DNA of 35,439 nucleotides, taken from Nemertoderma westbladi. Lineage: Eukaryota; Animalia; Xenacoelomorpha. The stretch is from assembly GCA_032718475.1 (NCBI GenBank), contig JAUCBJ010002535.1, forward strand, positions 1-35,439, in the 5' to 3' direction. Below are positions 22,231-34,700 of the stretch, piece after piece. The notes under the pieces were generated by a model, which was not told the DNA's origin, searched no databases, and worked only from the letters and a program-made list of their open reading frames with translations. Position 1 is the first letter of the stretch. Every line of letters starts with the position of its first letter. The position numbers were made by a program, and so were the translations under genes.

Positions 22231-23265
22231 TTAAGGGGAAAATAAATTAAAGAAACGTTTCCGTCTATTATTACTTACACCAGTTTCACCAAGGTTATCT
22301 TCAACTTTAACCTTAGGGCGTATAAGGTGATTTTTTGGAACCGATAGAAACTGGTTAGATCATTCAGGGATTCCAAATATGTAAAGTTACGAATTTGGAT
22401 TGGCAATAGTTGAGCTAGAAGCGTTCTTCTGTAATATTGCACGTTTTGCATCCGTGGGGGGGGGGGGGGGGGGGGGCACTTACTGTACTCTACTGTAAGG
22501 TTGAAGAATAGTGGTGGTGTTACTGGTACAAAATTGACGGAGACACTATTTTTTAGCGCTTTTTACTACGAACGATGATAGTATGGAATGGTAAAGCAAA
22601 GCCGCTATTTTTGTACTGATAACTAAAAATTATTTCAGACTGAAAAAATCTGTTCACATAATTTTTCGTACTACTTTTATCTGCATTAAATTAATCAGCT
22701 ATGTATAGAAATTCGACATACATCGGATTAATAATATCCTTATAGTACAACGGCTGAGGTATCAAAGTCTACATAATATAGTGAGTGATGTTGGTATTTA
22801 CCTAATGATTATGGCAGGGCATACTGTAGTATTGTCTGAAAATTGTACTGTAGACTAACTTCGTTATACTGTATTTTAAGTGCATTATTTAGATACGGCG
22901 TTCAATCTTATCTAAAGATTTAAATCGATGGCCGTGTATAAGATAGAGAATTTCCATTACAATAACGCTATTGTGAGACAGAAAAACTTATCTCTCAAAT
23001 ATTTAAACCACCCCGTCATCATAAGAAATCTATCTGCTACTATGTATGTAACATATTATTCTATGCCTGTATTATTTGTACGCAATCTCCAAATCTTCAT
23101 ATCTTAAGTTATTCGTGGAAGTGAAGGACACGGGCGTAGAGCCAAGGGGGTGGATACTTGGTATGCATCGACATGTATGGATATTGTATCGGTATGACAA
23201 CGGAATGGATCTTACATTCCGGGCTGCCAAACCGATTTAATGAATTGTTTTAGGTGTTTAGTACT

Positions 23266-25751
23266 ACTAGGATCGGCATGCTGCATTGCAGCTGCAATTT
23301 TAAGAATGCTGTGCCGGCTTGTCAACAAAATTGCACCGCCACAACTCCCTATCACCCATGACATTTGCTAGATCATCCGCATCTTTAAGGCCAGTGTCCT
23401 TTAAGATGCGTCTCAAGAAAGTCATGGGCTGTCCACCATGCTTATTCACTCCATGAGGCTGCCAAAGTACAAGATTATGCACTGGCTGGTCCTCACGGCG
23501 AAAGCAATGTCCTGCAAAGCGGAGGCGATTTTGTTCTAGTGTCAAGCTTGGGGGAACCAATGAGACACCTCCAATGTTATATAGTGTCTGGTTGGAGATG
23601 TGTGCATTGTACTAGACACAATGAACCCGGAGTAGCATTCTTGTGAATGTGCCATCCAGAGATTTGGTGTCCTCAGTAGTTAGAGCCCAGCATGGACTCC
23701 CGTAGAGGAGTACTGGAACTACTGCTGCTCTAAATAATCGGACCTTAAGTTTCCGATTAATTCTCGGTGACTTCCAAATCCAGGAAAGCCTATTCAAGGC
23801 TGCCCATGCCTTTCCGTTACGTATTCGAAGGTCCTCACCTGACTTCCGGATCCATGATCCCAGGTAACAGAAGTCGTCCACATGCTCAAGCATACCATCC
23901 TTTGAGCTTATGCTCATCCGATCAGAGACTTGCTGAGGACTTTCAAAGTTAACTGTCAGAATTTTGGTCTTTCTGGAGTTAATAAAAAGACCAACACTAG
24001 AAGCAGCATGTTCTAATGAGCTGAGGAGCCATTGGGCTCCCTCTAATGATTCTGAGAGTACGCCTAAGTCATTAGCAAAGTCTAGATCAGTTAGGTACTT
24101 GGCAGGATTTCCTCGACTTCTGGAGCCAGTAGGTGGAGTTATCATCACCCCATCATCATTATAATGATCTAAGGACATGCGTAGAACATAGTCAACCACA
24201 ATAATGAACAAGAATGGTGCAAGTGTGTCTCCTTGGAGGACGCCCCATAACACTTCAAATGGTTCTGTGTCACCGTCAACAGTAGACACAAATGTTGTCG
24301 AACCATCGTATACTGATCTGATTGCTGCAATAATTTCATCAGGAATCCCATATAATGAAAGTATGCTGAACATACGTGAGCGAGAGACTGAATCAAAGGC
24401 CTTGAAGAAGTCAACAAAGATAACAGCCAGATGCCTGTCTTTCTTTTTTGATAACTCTTCAATTATCCTTCTAAGTGCCAAAATGGGCTCCATGGTCCCA
24501 CGACCTTTACGGAACCCATTTTGATTTCCACGGAGCAGTCTCTCAATGGGATCCCTGATGCGATTTAATAGAATCCTATTGTATAGCTTTGCAGCAATCG
24601 AGATCAATGAGATTCCCCGAAAAGAACCATAGAGTGTTAGGTTGCGCTTCTTGGGAACTGGCACCAACTTATTTGTTTTCATTTCTTGTGGGACTCTTGT
24701 TGTTCGGTACATGTCTACTATGATGGGATAGATGAGCTTTAAACACTCAGGTATTTTAAAGACCTCAGGGGGAACACCATCTACCCCACTGGCACGATTG
24801 GTCTTAATGCTCTTTGCAGCAGCCTTCACTTCTGCAAAGGAGATATCGCCAATGGGAATGTCTGGGAGTACAGACTCAGACACTTTTACTTCTATAAAGT
24901 TATCAGGCAATACCCTGTCATTATTGAGGAGCTTTTCAAAGTGGGCTTTCCAACCATTGAGGCGATCGGCTGGTGAATCAGCCTTAACCTTGGTGGTTGG
25001 TTGGCTTTTCCGCCCAGTAAGCAGATTGATCGATTTCCATGCCTGGGATGATTGCCTGCTGTCGTCAGCATCATTGATGGCATCAACCTGTTGGTTTATT
25101 AGCTCCTGTAGATTAGCAGAGTACTGCCTGTTCAGGGACCTAGATGCAGCCTTAACTGCATTCTTGGCCGCTGTAGTCTGTTTGAGTCGGGACTCTTTCT
25201 GCGCCTTATGGAGGTCATTTCGGCACTTCTGAATTTTGTTGTCAGTCCAGGGGGCCCTTTTCCTGTTTCGAGGGTATACAGGAACTGTTTCTGCAGCTGC
25301 TAACTTAACTGCTTCTGTAAAGGCAGTATAGCCCTCACAGTGATCTGCCGCCTCAGAGGCAAGAGCCGCATACCTGTTGCTCAGCTGTAGTGTGAAGCTG
25401 GATCTCACACTTGGCTGTTGCAACAGAGAGGACCAGTCATGCCGCGGCAAGGCAGATTTCGTTGTTCTGCTAGCACGCAGACTAAGTCTTACCTTGGCCA
25501 CAATAAGGCGGTGATCACTGGAGAAGGGTCGAAGTGTAAATGCATTACAGTCTTGTATAGAATAGAGCTCCTGTATTTCCTACGAAACAGAATATGGTCT
25601 ATCTGGGACTTGTGACCACTGGGTCCACTATGAGTCCATAGCTTTCCAGTTCGCTTCTTGAACTGGGTTCCAGCCGAAAACAATCCATTTCCAGAGATAA
25701 AATCCTGAAGATGGACAGAATTTCGGTTAACACTATTGCTATAGAGTTTAG
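23266..25751 (-). mobile_element. 5'-truncated RTE-type LINE (family A), best-preserved copy, 14-bp TSD
   Basis: End of APE (SQIDHIL), 629-aa RT ORF (QGDTLAPFLF; DFAND instead of DFADD), premature TAG at 23612, TAG tail; AGGTGTTTAGTACT at 23252-23265 and 25752-25765. Confidence 0.95.
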
Positions 25752-25890
25752 AGGTGTTTAGTACTGTACGATAACACTCTCCATCCATACAAATTATTCA
25801 TCTATCTTTAATAGCTCTTGAGGTCATAGACACACACACCCGGTTGATGATAACCGGAAGTTTGAAACCTACAATACAGTACAGTACAGT

Positions 25891-25935
25891 ACCGGGTTCG
25901 AGCCCCATTGAGGTTAATATTTTCCGTTTTGGAGA
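25891..25935 (+). other. Possible tRNA-derived SINE remnant (Pol III B box)
   Basis: GGGTTCGAGCCC T-arm/B-box motif; no A box or cloverleaf recognised. Confidence 0.25.
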
Positions 25936-26066
25936 GCTTGCAAATTACAAATAGATTTCAAGCATCAATCGGAAATATACAGTAGTTGGGGGTCTTGTTC
26001 CACAAACAGTTAGGCCAACTACCATGGCACCTGACACATAATAAATGTTAATGTTTTCACATTTAA

Positions 26067-27187
26067 TGTGACGGGATCGTGGAGTTGACATTGAGATCCC
26101 GACCGGAATAGATTGTACGCGTCACTTTGTTGCTGGACTGCTGGGCTAACGGTATAATATCTTTGGCCGAAGGCCGACTATGCCGGTTTGCAACTGTGAG
26201 GAAATCAACTGACCGGAAATCAGTAATTAGAGTGATTATATAATTGACACATATTGGTTGCAGCCCTACACTACTGTGTGGCCTCTGGTACCCAATGGAT
26301 GCGTTCCTATCCTCCCAATCTACTTCCTTGCCAGCTATTGGCTTAACTATTAATTCTCACCTCGCCACTCCCTCTTGGTGTTACCCCCTGCTGCTAGCCT
26401 CACTAGCTGGTTTGTCCCTCTGAGGTGGTTTGACCTCTCACCTCTCTCTGTGGCATACGGCGTGTATCGCCCCCCCCCCCCCCCCCCCCCCCAGTTGGTT
26501 ATGAGGCGAGATTATTATTGGTAATCTCGCATCGCCAACTATATTGGTAAAATGCCAGTGGTCCCATTTTGGGGTGGGTAATGTAGGGAATTGAATCCGC
26601 TTACACTCCCCCCCCCCCCATGCTATCTTCCCGGTGATAAGATAGCATCAACCTTAAGTGCGCTTCAATTCCGCTGGAATCCAATCTAATATTGGATGTG
26701 GGTGGAGTTTTCTTCTTGGGGTCAGCTTTCCAGACCGGCCCCCATGGGTCTGTTATTACTACCCATCCTTGGTACAATCGCAAGGTATGTTGTACCAAGG
26801 TATCTGGCGTCACTGTTTAAGATCATTGCCCTCACTCCTCACACAATTTTCCTCTAACCTTCCTCATATCTTCCTCACGGACCTTGCTGTTCCTTCCTCT
26901 CTCACCAGTCCCTTGGGACTCATCCTCCTCCGTGCTCGACCCCACACTTGAATCTCGCACTTCTTTAACTTCCTCACACCCTAACACCCCTTTCGCATAC
27001 TTCCCCCTATTCTCGTTGTCACTCTCCACACTCTTATCGGGTCACTCCCGGTCCCGCCCGTTTCATGCTCTCTCCGCCATCACGATTCTCCTCTCTTACC
27101 AGACTGGTGGTGCCTTAGAAAGGCTCAAGATGGTAAGAGATAACTAAGTATGGTCTTAATTAGTTTAAATCAATGATGGCCTCCCTC
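26067..27187 (-). mobile_element. Probable distal part of the BEL/Pao 3' LTR (left of the P insertion); left boundary tentative
   Basis: The TSD shows this DNA was contiguous with 31146 onward. Composition (CT-rich on +) is like the element; candidate end ...CCCGTCACA at 26067. No second LTR is in the window to confirm. Confidence 0.4.
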
Positions 27188-30100
27188 CAAGGCGATACCT
27201 AATACAGGCCATGACATGGGAGGCCTATGCAAAATTAGCGGAGGCCGACCTACTTACTGTCAGACTGTAGTACGGTACTGTAGTAACAATGCTACATACA
27301 GTAAACCAATAAACAATAATCTGACTGTCTGACTTCAGACCACAGGTGCAGTACAGCAGTAGTACCAGTCTCTGCCAGAGTAGGCCTACCGGTCTGCCGG
27401 GCTGCCGGTAGGTCTACATCGTCTAACGCTGTAACGCTAGGGCCTACCACCTACAGACCTACTGCACGTACACTATTGTCAGATTCTTCATTGTTATAGT
27501 ATTATTGTAATACATGTAATACAGTCAAGGCCTTGATTACAGTATTAAAGGCGTACTTCTGTATGCATACAGTTACAACTGCGAACTGTACAAGGCAGCA
27601 AGGCCATACCATGGGGTCAATCTCAGTAGGTAGATAGGGGGCAGTGCAGAGTGACTGGGGGAAGTTTTCTAGAGGTTTTTTTAGGGGTTCAAGGATTTTT
27701 TCAGACCGCGCCGGATTTTAAGTAACTGTAGACTCCTATAGTGTATAGGCCTAGTGCAGTAGTGCTATTGTATTATTTAGATAGGCTGAAGGTTAGTCCT
27801 AATCATAACGAATAGTGGAATAGGCCTACTGGCAGACTGGAATAGGTCTAGAGACAATCAGTTAATAACAAATAATGGTTAGAAAGTGTTCAGTTGGAGG
27901 CTGCAAGTCTGGGTATGTGTATAGGTCGGATTGCGAAATTCCAAAATCAATCCCTATTTATCGCTTTCCATCCGATGAAGCATCCTGCAGGCAATGGCTC
28001 GCGGTTTTGCCAAATATTATAAACTATCAAGATGTAACAACAAATTATGGAATTTGCCGTCTTCATTGGCCAGAGAACGACTCGCTTACACAATGGAAGA
28101 AAGTGCGTGGAGGTTCACTTGTACCTAACGAACCACCGAGTGTATTCCCAAATGTTCCTGCCCTCTTTATTCCCACACCTACATCTGCTCGTTCTACTGT
28201 CAGAACACGTTTAGAAGTTCACTTTCCTCCATCGGACGAATTGGAAGAGTTTGAGAAGAAAGATTATGTTGCTTTGGATGATTGTTTTCTGAAAGAAGTT
28301 TCTGATCGTTTTGACGGGGTTACAACCTTAAGTTTAGGGGAAAGTGGGTACGGGATTGCTTCGAGAAATAGAACTGGTTGTGTGTTCGACTGGAGCATTT
28401 TTATAAATGCAACAGGTCATTTTGAAATATACTCTCAATTGGAGCTGATAAAATCTTCTATTTCCTTAAATCAAATTAAGCGTTGGACTGAATTAGAGGC
28501 AATTGTACATGCAGTTAAGCTCACGGACAGAAGTAAATCCAATGGCGTAACCACGATATCCGACTCCAAAGATATTGCTTCTCTCTACCCCGGTCGCTTT
28601 GGATTTGTTAACCGGCAGATTCAATTGTTAAATAGTTCAAAAGCTGATAGGATAAAGAAGGATAATCTGTACTCTACAACTGATATGCTCACGTCGTTCT
28701 TGTTCTACAGTCTGTCAAGAGCCTCATACTCAAAACTCATTTCTGTGATTTGCTGGCCTTCTATTAGAACTTTACAACGTATAACATCTATGAACACCAA
28801 GGTTACAGACGATGAATTTTTAAGAAAACTAGTCAATTCTAACGATAAGTCAGTCAGCATTTTGATTTCTGATGAAATATATGTTAAGCCATCCATTTTA
28901 TACCACGGTGGAAGCTACCATGGGATTTCTGCTGACGATGACTCCAAGCTGGCCCGAACTGTTTTGGCCATCTATTTTCAATCTCTATTAGGAGGTCCAT
29001 GATGTATAGTCAAACTGATACCGCTATTTGCTCTTGAGGCAAAGCCATTTGTAGCTGAAGTTCAACGAATTTCCTATGTAATCGACTCAATTGGTGGATA
29101 TTGTTTGGGGATGATGCTAGACAACAACCGAGTTAATCAAGCGGTGGCTAAAGAATTATGTGAAGACAAAGCTAAACCGTGGTTATCACATACTCAATAC
29201 AATCCGGAACGTCCTTTTTTCATTCTTCCAGACCCTATTCACTTGTTAAAGTGCCTTAGAAATAACTTTTATACAGAAAAGACCAGACAACTCCAGTTTT
29301 ATTTGCCAGGTGATCCTCGCACGATTAGAACAGCTAAATGGAGTGACCTTGAAGCACTGTTTAAATCTGAGAAAGGTAGTCTCTTGAGAATGTCTCATCT
29401 AACTCAAAAGTCGATTGCTCCCAGTAAGATACAACGACAGCAAGTGTCACTTACTCTTCAGGTCTTTTGTGATGAAACGGAATCTGGATTACGGAATTCT
29501 CTGTCTACAAAGGATACATCAAGTGATACTGCCGACTTTATTGCTTTAGTTACAAAGTTTTTCAGAATAATTAATGTTAAAGACCAATTTCAAGGTGTAA
29601 AGTCTCGTGATTCAAGGCAAGATCCAATTCGTGATGTAAACGACCCTAGGTTAACATTTTTGGAGGATTTAGCTAAGGTAGCCATGTTTATGAAGACGTC
29701 AAACAATAAACTACGTTGTAAGAATTTAACAACTGATACAGCTTTGGGATTACGAAATTACTGCTTAGGCGTTGTTGAGCTCACCAGATTTCTCTTAAAT
29801 ACTTGTGATATTGCTCAACACTCTTATGTTTTGCTTGGCAAATTCCAAAGCGATTTAATCGAAGAACTCTTTGGTTATTTTCGACAAGCAGCTGGTGGTA
29901 ACTATTATTTGTCCTGTAAACAATTATTAGAGACTGCAAGAATAGATCGGGCAAAACTTAGTATTTTAATTGATGGATATCATGGAGTTACTGAATCAGA
30001 TGGGCAACATGTTTGCAATTTATGTACTACACGTCTTAGCGACATTGAACTGCTACTGATGGATGATATCCCTGACAGTGTTGAAGCATTTAGCCAAGAT

Positions 30101-31137
30101 GTGGAGCAGGTTGTTGTCTACATTGCTGGATATGTTGCCAAGAAAGTTCCACAATTTGCTCTAGAACCCGATGTTGTTAGTAACTACAATACGGACTTTA
30201 TTAGTTTTCTGAACAGAGGAAAGTTACAATATCCTTCAGAACACCTTGTCAATTTGATTGTGTATTGTTACATTTGGATTCAAAGCGTGGACTTATCAAA
30301 AATGTGTCGCGTGAGACACTAAGGAAAGCCATTGAATTTCTTTCGGAATCATATGGATTTGGAGCCATCCCAACGAAAGCGAGCAACATAATTGTAAATA
30401 TATTTTTAAACAATTATTGTGAACAGCGAAAGACAACGTTGGATGCCGAAAGCACAAAGAAAAAGATGAAATTTATGTTCTGAAACCTACACAACTCAAA
30501 ACTTATAATTATTATTATTGCATTATTAATTTAAATATTATATATATGACAGTTTCCACAATTAGCTTAATTTAATATATGAAAATATTTTATCCGTGCG
30601 TGGTCACCAGTACTTTTCGTGTCTTGTCTAGGATCCGAAAACCGACACTTTATAATTTTGAAACATATTCGATTGAACTCAGCAACTCCAAACAGCCAAA
30701 AACTTCAAAAACCAAAATCTCCTAATATTATGTGAAAATTAAACTTGTATTTTCAATGAAATTTGACTTCCAGCACTTTTTGTGCAATACTTGGGGTGCT
30801 GAAAAGCACCCCAAAGCAAAAGTAATTAGCACTCTAAAAAACATCATACATAATACCAGTCAGTATATGAACTCTCTCTATAAACTGAGAAAAAAATTTT
30901 CTACAAATAACTCATTTTTTCGGACAACATAAAAATAATGGGTCTCCCATGGAAAAGTAGCAAACTATTGAAAACAAAAATTGTCTTAAAAGATTCTCTG
31001 ATAAAAGTTAGGTTAAGTAATTAAATTTGGTAATGAAATGGTACGCACTTCTATGGTTCCTAACGGTGCTACAAAGTCGGCCTCCGCTAATTTTGCATAG
31101 GCCTCCCATGTCATGGCCTGTATTAGGTATCGCCTTG
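27188..31137 (+). mobile_element. P-superfamily (THAP9-like) DNA transposon, 3950 bp
   Basis: Perfect 62-bp TIRs (27188-27249, 31076-31137) beginning CAAGGCG; 8-bp TSD CCTCCCTC (27180-87, 31138-45); internal THAP transposase. Confidence 0.95.
27875..30483 (+). pseudogene. THAP-domain P-element transposase with one in-frame TGA (29000-29002) and one frameshift (~30310)
   Basis: THAP C2CH motif (CSVGGC..FP..W..CRLH..PSVF); ISDEIYVK, LDNNRVN, DPIHLLKCLRNN and QSDLIEELFGYFRQAAGG. ORFs 27875 and 29105 share a frame separated by a single stop. Confidence 0.9.
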
Positions 31138-31145
31138 CCTCCCTC

Positions 31146-31692
31146 CTATCTTGCTCTTTCTTTCTCTTTCTTCTTATCTATCTTTGTGCAAATATTCCCC
31201 TTTGTGTGTCAATTTTGCCCTGATTTTTATTCTATTTTATTTTCTGTTCCCCCCTACTTGTGCTATTATCATACCTGCCATCTGATATCCCCCCTCAATT
31301 CTTCACATGGCGCCCTCAGTGCCCACAAGTTTTATGGTACCGTGTACCCCTCTACTACGGTATGCGCACATACCCCCCAATTCCTCACGTGGCGCCCTCA
31401 GTGCCCACAAGTTCTACGGTACTGCGTACCCTTCTACTGCAGTATGTGTACATACCCCCAATTTCTCACGTGGCGCCCACAGTGCCCACAAGTTCTACGG
31501 TACGTAAATTAGGTACATTGGTACGTTATTGTACCCTTCCGACGTACATAATTGTAACTACCTACTAATATCTACTATCTACATACAGTGTACCTTGCTT
31601 ATATTCTTACTCTGTACTCTACTCACTACTTATTTTATTATTTTGTTTATTTCTATTTTATTTTTATGTGTGGGAAGGGCGTCTCGCCCTCA
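31146..31692 (-). mobile_element. Proximal (U3) part of the BEL/Pao 3' LTR
   Basis: Starts with TG immediately after a purine-rich tract that follows the pol stop; contains tandem repeats. Confidence 0.65.
31288..31503. repeat. ~82-bp tandem repeat x2.5 in the putative LTR
   Basis: TGGCGCCC.CAGTGCCCACAAGTT at 31308, 31390 and 31471. Confidence 0.9.
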
Positions 31693-31706
31693 TTCCCAAC
31701 CCCCTC
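31693..31706 (-). promoter_or_regulatory. Putative polypurine tract
   Basis: GAGGGGGTTGGGAA directly 5' of TG on the minus strand, ~27 nt after the pol stop. Confidence 0.6.
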
Positions 31707-31732
31707 AGTCAAATATATTGGACGACTCAACT

Positions 31733-34700
31733 CTAAGGTGACCCTTCCAATAGGCAACACTTTCCTACCGCCCTCCTGTAGGTCTTCCTATCTTTGGCCC
31801 CTATCTTTCCTCCGATCCTCCGACTCCTGGAATTCATCACCAGGATCCCATCATCGTTCAATTGCGGCGACAGCGCGTTGAGTTTACTGTCTTGACGAAG
31901 GCGCTGTTGCTTGCTGACTATGTTCACTTCGTCCGCGTACCCCTTCCTTTGCTCGTATCGTATCACGGCTTTGGCCGCCCCTTCCAGATCGATAATGGGT
32001 CTCGTTTTGGTATCCTTACCAACTCCCCTGATGAAATCCCCGTAGGCCCTCAAATATGCTACCAACTTCTTAGTCTTATACCAGCTGGAGCTGTAACTGA
32101 GTAACCTATCCGTTGGGTTGACGCATGGTTCTCTCAGTTTCGGTGGCGTCTCCTTACTCTCCCTCGCCAATTGGCTGTATATCTCTTCCCCCTCCAACTC
32201 CTCTCCCTCCTCTTCTACTGCTACTTCCACCGTACCTGGGTATACCTTCCTCATTGGTGGCCAACTCGACCTATCGTTAAGAAAGTGCGGCCCATGCTGC
32301 CACAACTCCTGCTTTCTCGAGAAAGCATGGTGTACAACGCCCCTCGATAGCAGATCTGCTGGAATGTCGTCGGTTGGGCAGTAGTGCCACTTCTCCAGAT
32401 CGGCCGTTGCCCTTATCTCATCTACCCTGTTCGCCACAAATATAGGGTAATATAGATCTTCTCGTTGTGTAGACACCCTAACACTACAATGGAATCCGTC
32501 CAGTAGTGGGTCTCTACTATATTGGGCATGGTGTCCATTAAGTATGATGTCGCTTACTCCTAATCTCGCAGCCGTTAGCTTGAGTTTTGGCACCGATGCT
32601 GAATCTGGTGGCGTCGACTTCGCTTTACTAAATGCAAGCCTGGGCTTATGAGCCCCCTTTCACTGTACCAAATAAAGTGCCGCTCCATATGCTTCTAAGG
32701 ATGCGTCGGAAAACATATGTAGGTCCAGATGGGTGATGTCTCTGTCCGGGAAGTACACGCGTGGCATACTGTACGTCCCCATCTCCTCTAGGCTCCCCGT
32801 CCACTTGTTCCACTGTCTACTTATATCCTCCGGGATCTCCGCATCCCAATCATCCTTCAACTTATATACTTTCTTCAGTATTTGTTTCCCCGTGACTAAC
32901 AATGGGGATGCCAGGCCTAGGGGGTCATATATCCTTGCTATATATGACACATAGCCTCGTTTTGTATGGATCTCGGCACCCTCTTGACTTAGTTGATACT
33001 CCAACTCATCTGTCTCCCTTGTCACGCTTCATCATTGGCTTCTCCACCCTTGGCCTAGTCCTCCCACATCCTCTCCCCTTCCATCCTGTCCTCCTACTCG
33101 ACATCCTCCCCATCGGTATGCTTCTCAACTGGACCGGCGTCTGTTCCGGACATCTCTCCAGATATCTCGCCATCCACTCTTCTCCATCCTCATACCGATA
33201 CTCGCCAGGAACATCTATGTTCCATCCCATTGCCTCTAGGTCCTCTGCGCCGAACCCATTCTCCTCCACCCACTCTCTTGCTGTTGCTTTCTCCTCCTGA
33301 CTTATCTATCAGCAGTATTTCTCTGGACTTATCCTCCACCCTTTCACCACGCTCCACTATGCATGGTTCCAGATCCATACCCATCCCCGACTCCTCCCTC
33401 GGGCCGCTTCCCATATGGGACCTCCCCATCGCCCATCTTTGGTTTCTCCTCTATGTCCTCAACAGCACCGGACAGCATGCACCCTGATGTCTCGGACACA
33501 CCAAACGGTGTCCTCATCTTAATTGGGCCAGTGAGCGTCCATCCAAATGGCGTGAGAATGGCCATCAGGTCTCGCTCCCAGTCATTGCCGAATATGGTCT
33601 GAAGTCTACCATGGGCTGTCGGGCAGTCCATGCCAACTATGAGAGATACTTTCGGGATGTCCAATTCGGGTACGGAGAAATCGATGTTATCCAGGTACCG
33701 ATATTGCTCAACCTCAATCTTCGTGGGTCGCCTGGCGTTAATATTAATCGTTTCTATTATTTAATGGGTTCGATGGTAACCCCGAAATCGCACCCTGGTA
33801 TTATCGCTGCTATCTCGCAACGCCCCGTTCTCATTCTCATGACCTTGTCCTTACTGGAGATAGTGGTTACCGCCATCTTGCTAGGCCTCGTCCGTAACCC
33901 TATCTTTTCGGCCACCCAACTCTCCGTTAGTGTGAATGCTGCTCCACTATCTACCAACATGAGTGCCGTAACCGATAGCCCATCTTCTCCTATTATTCTC
34001 ACTGGTACTACCCCGAGTAGTACTGTCCTCTTCCTCCTTGCTCCCATCGTGATCGTTGCCATGGTTTGGCCTCCAATCTCATCAGTCTCGTCGTATTCTA
34101 TCGGTGGTTCCTGGCATTCATCCTTCCAGTGTCCTCCTACCGCGCATCAGTGACATAGTCCATTCTTATCAGCGTAGGCTATCCGATCTTGTTTGAGTAA
34201 TGCCTGCCAATGCTTACAGTCCATGGTCTGTAAGCAATTCATCTCTATGCAATTGACATTTGTATCTGGGATTGTAGCGTTCCTTGTATAGCCCTTCACG
34301 TATCGCACGCAGATTCATATCTACTGGTTTAGTGTTTTGGTTATTTGGACTCGGCCTACTGGGGGTATTGGGATTGTATTTGTTTGTGTTGTTGTTTTGT
34401 TTCGGTCCCTGCCACGGTGTGGCCCTACTCCCAGCTGCTTGTGGACTACAAGTCCCCTGCCAGGCCGCATGCGGTAGCGACTGTCTCAATCTCAGAAATG
34501 CATCTGCCGGATTATGTTCGGGTTTAGGCCTGTTGTATTCAGCTTTCGGCGCCTTCCCCAAACTGTCCTCGCTGTAGACTGGATCTGTGATCAATTCCGC
34601 TTCATAGTTAAGGAAGTTCGACATCTCCTCCAGCCCAGGCCCCGCACCTTTCTTCTCCCGGGTGGAGAAAGCAATCTTTCTCCATGTGATTCTCAGCCAG

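Noticed and set aside
25841-25870. Second hammerhead (TTGATGA...GAAAC)
   Set aside because: The first core base is wrong and no stem I or stem III can be formed.
29000-29002. Selenocysteine or alternative-code readthrough of TGA in the transposase (and in the BEL zinc knuckle)
   Set aside because: Both elements have other lesions; simple nonsense mutation (e.g. CGA->TGA) suffices and no SECIS was recognised.
31308-31480. TGGCGCCC as tRNA-Lys primer-binding sites
   Set aside because: The match stops after ~8 nt, is on the wrong strand for the BEL element and lies inside tandem repeats.
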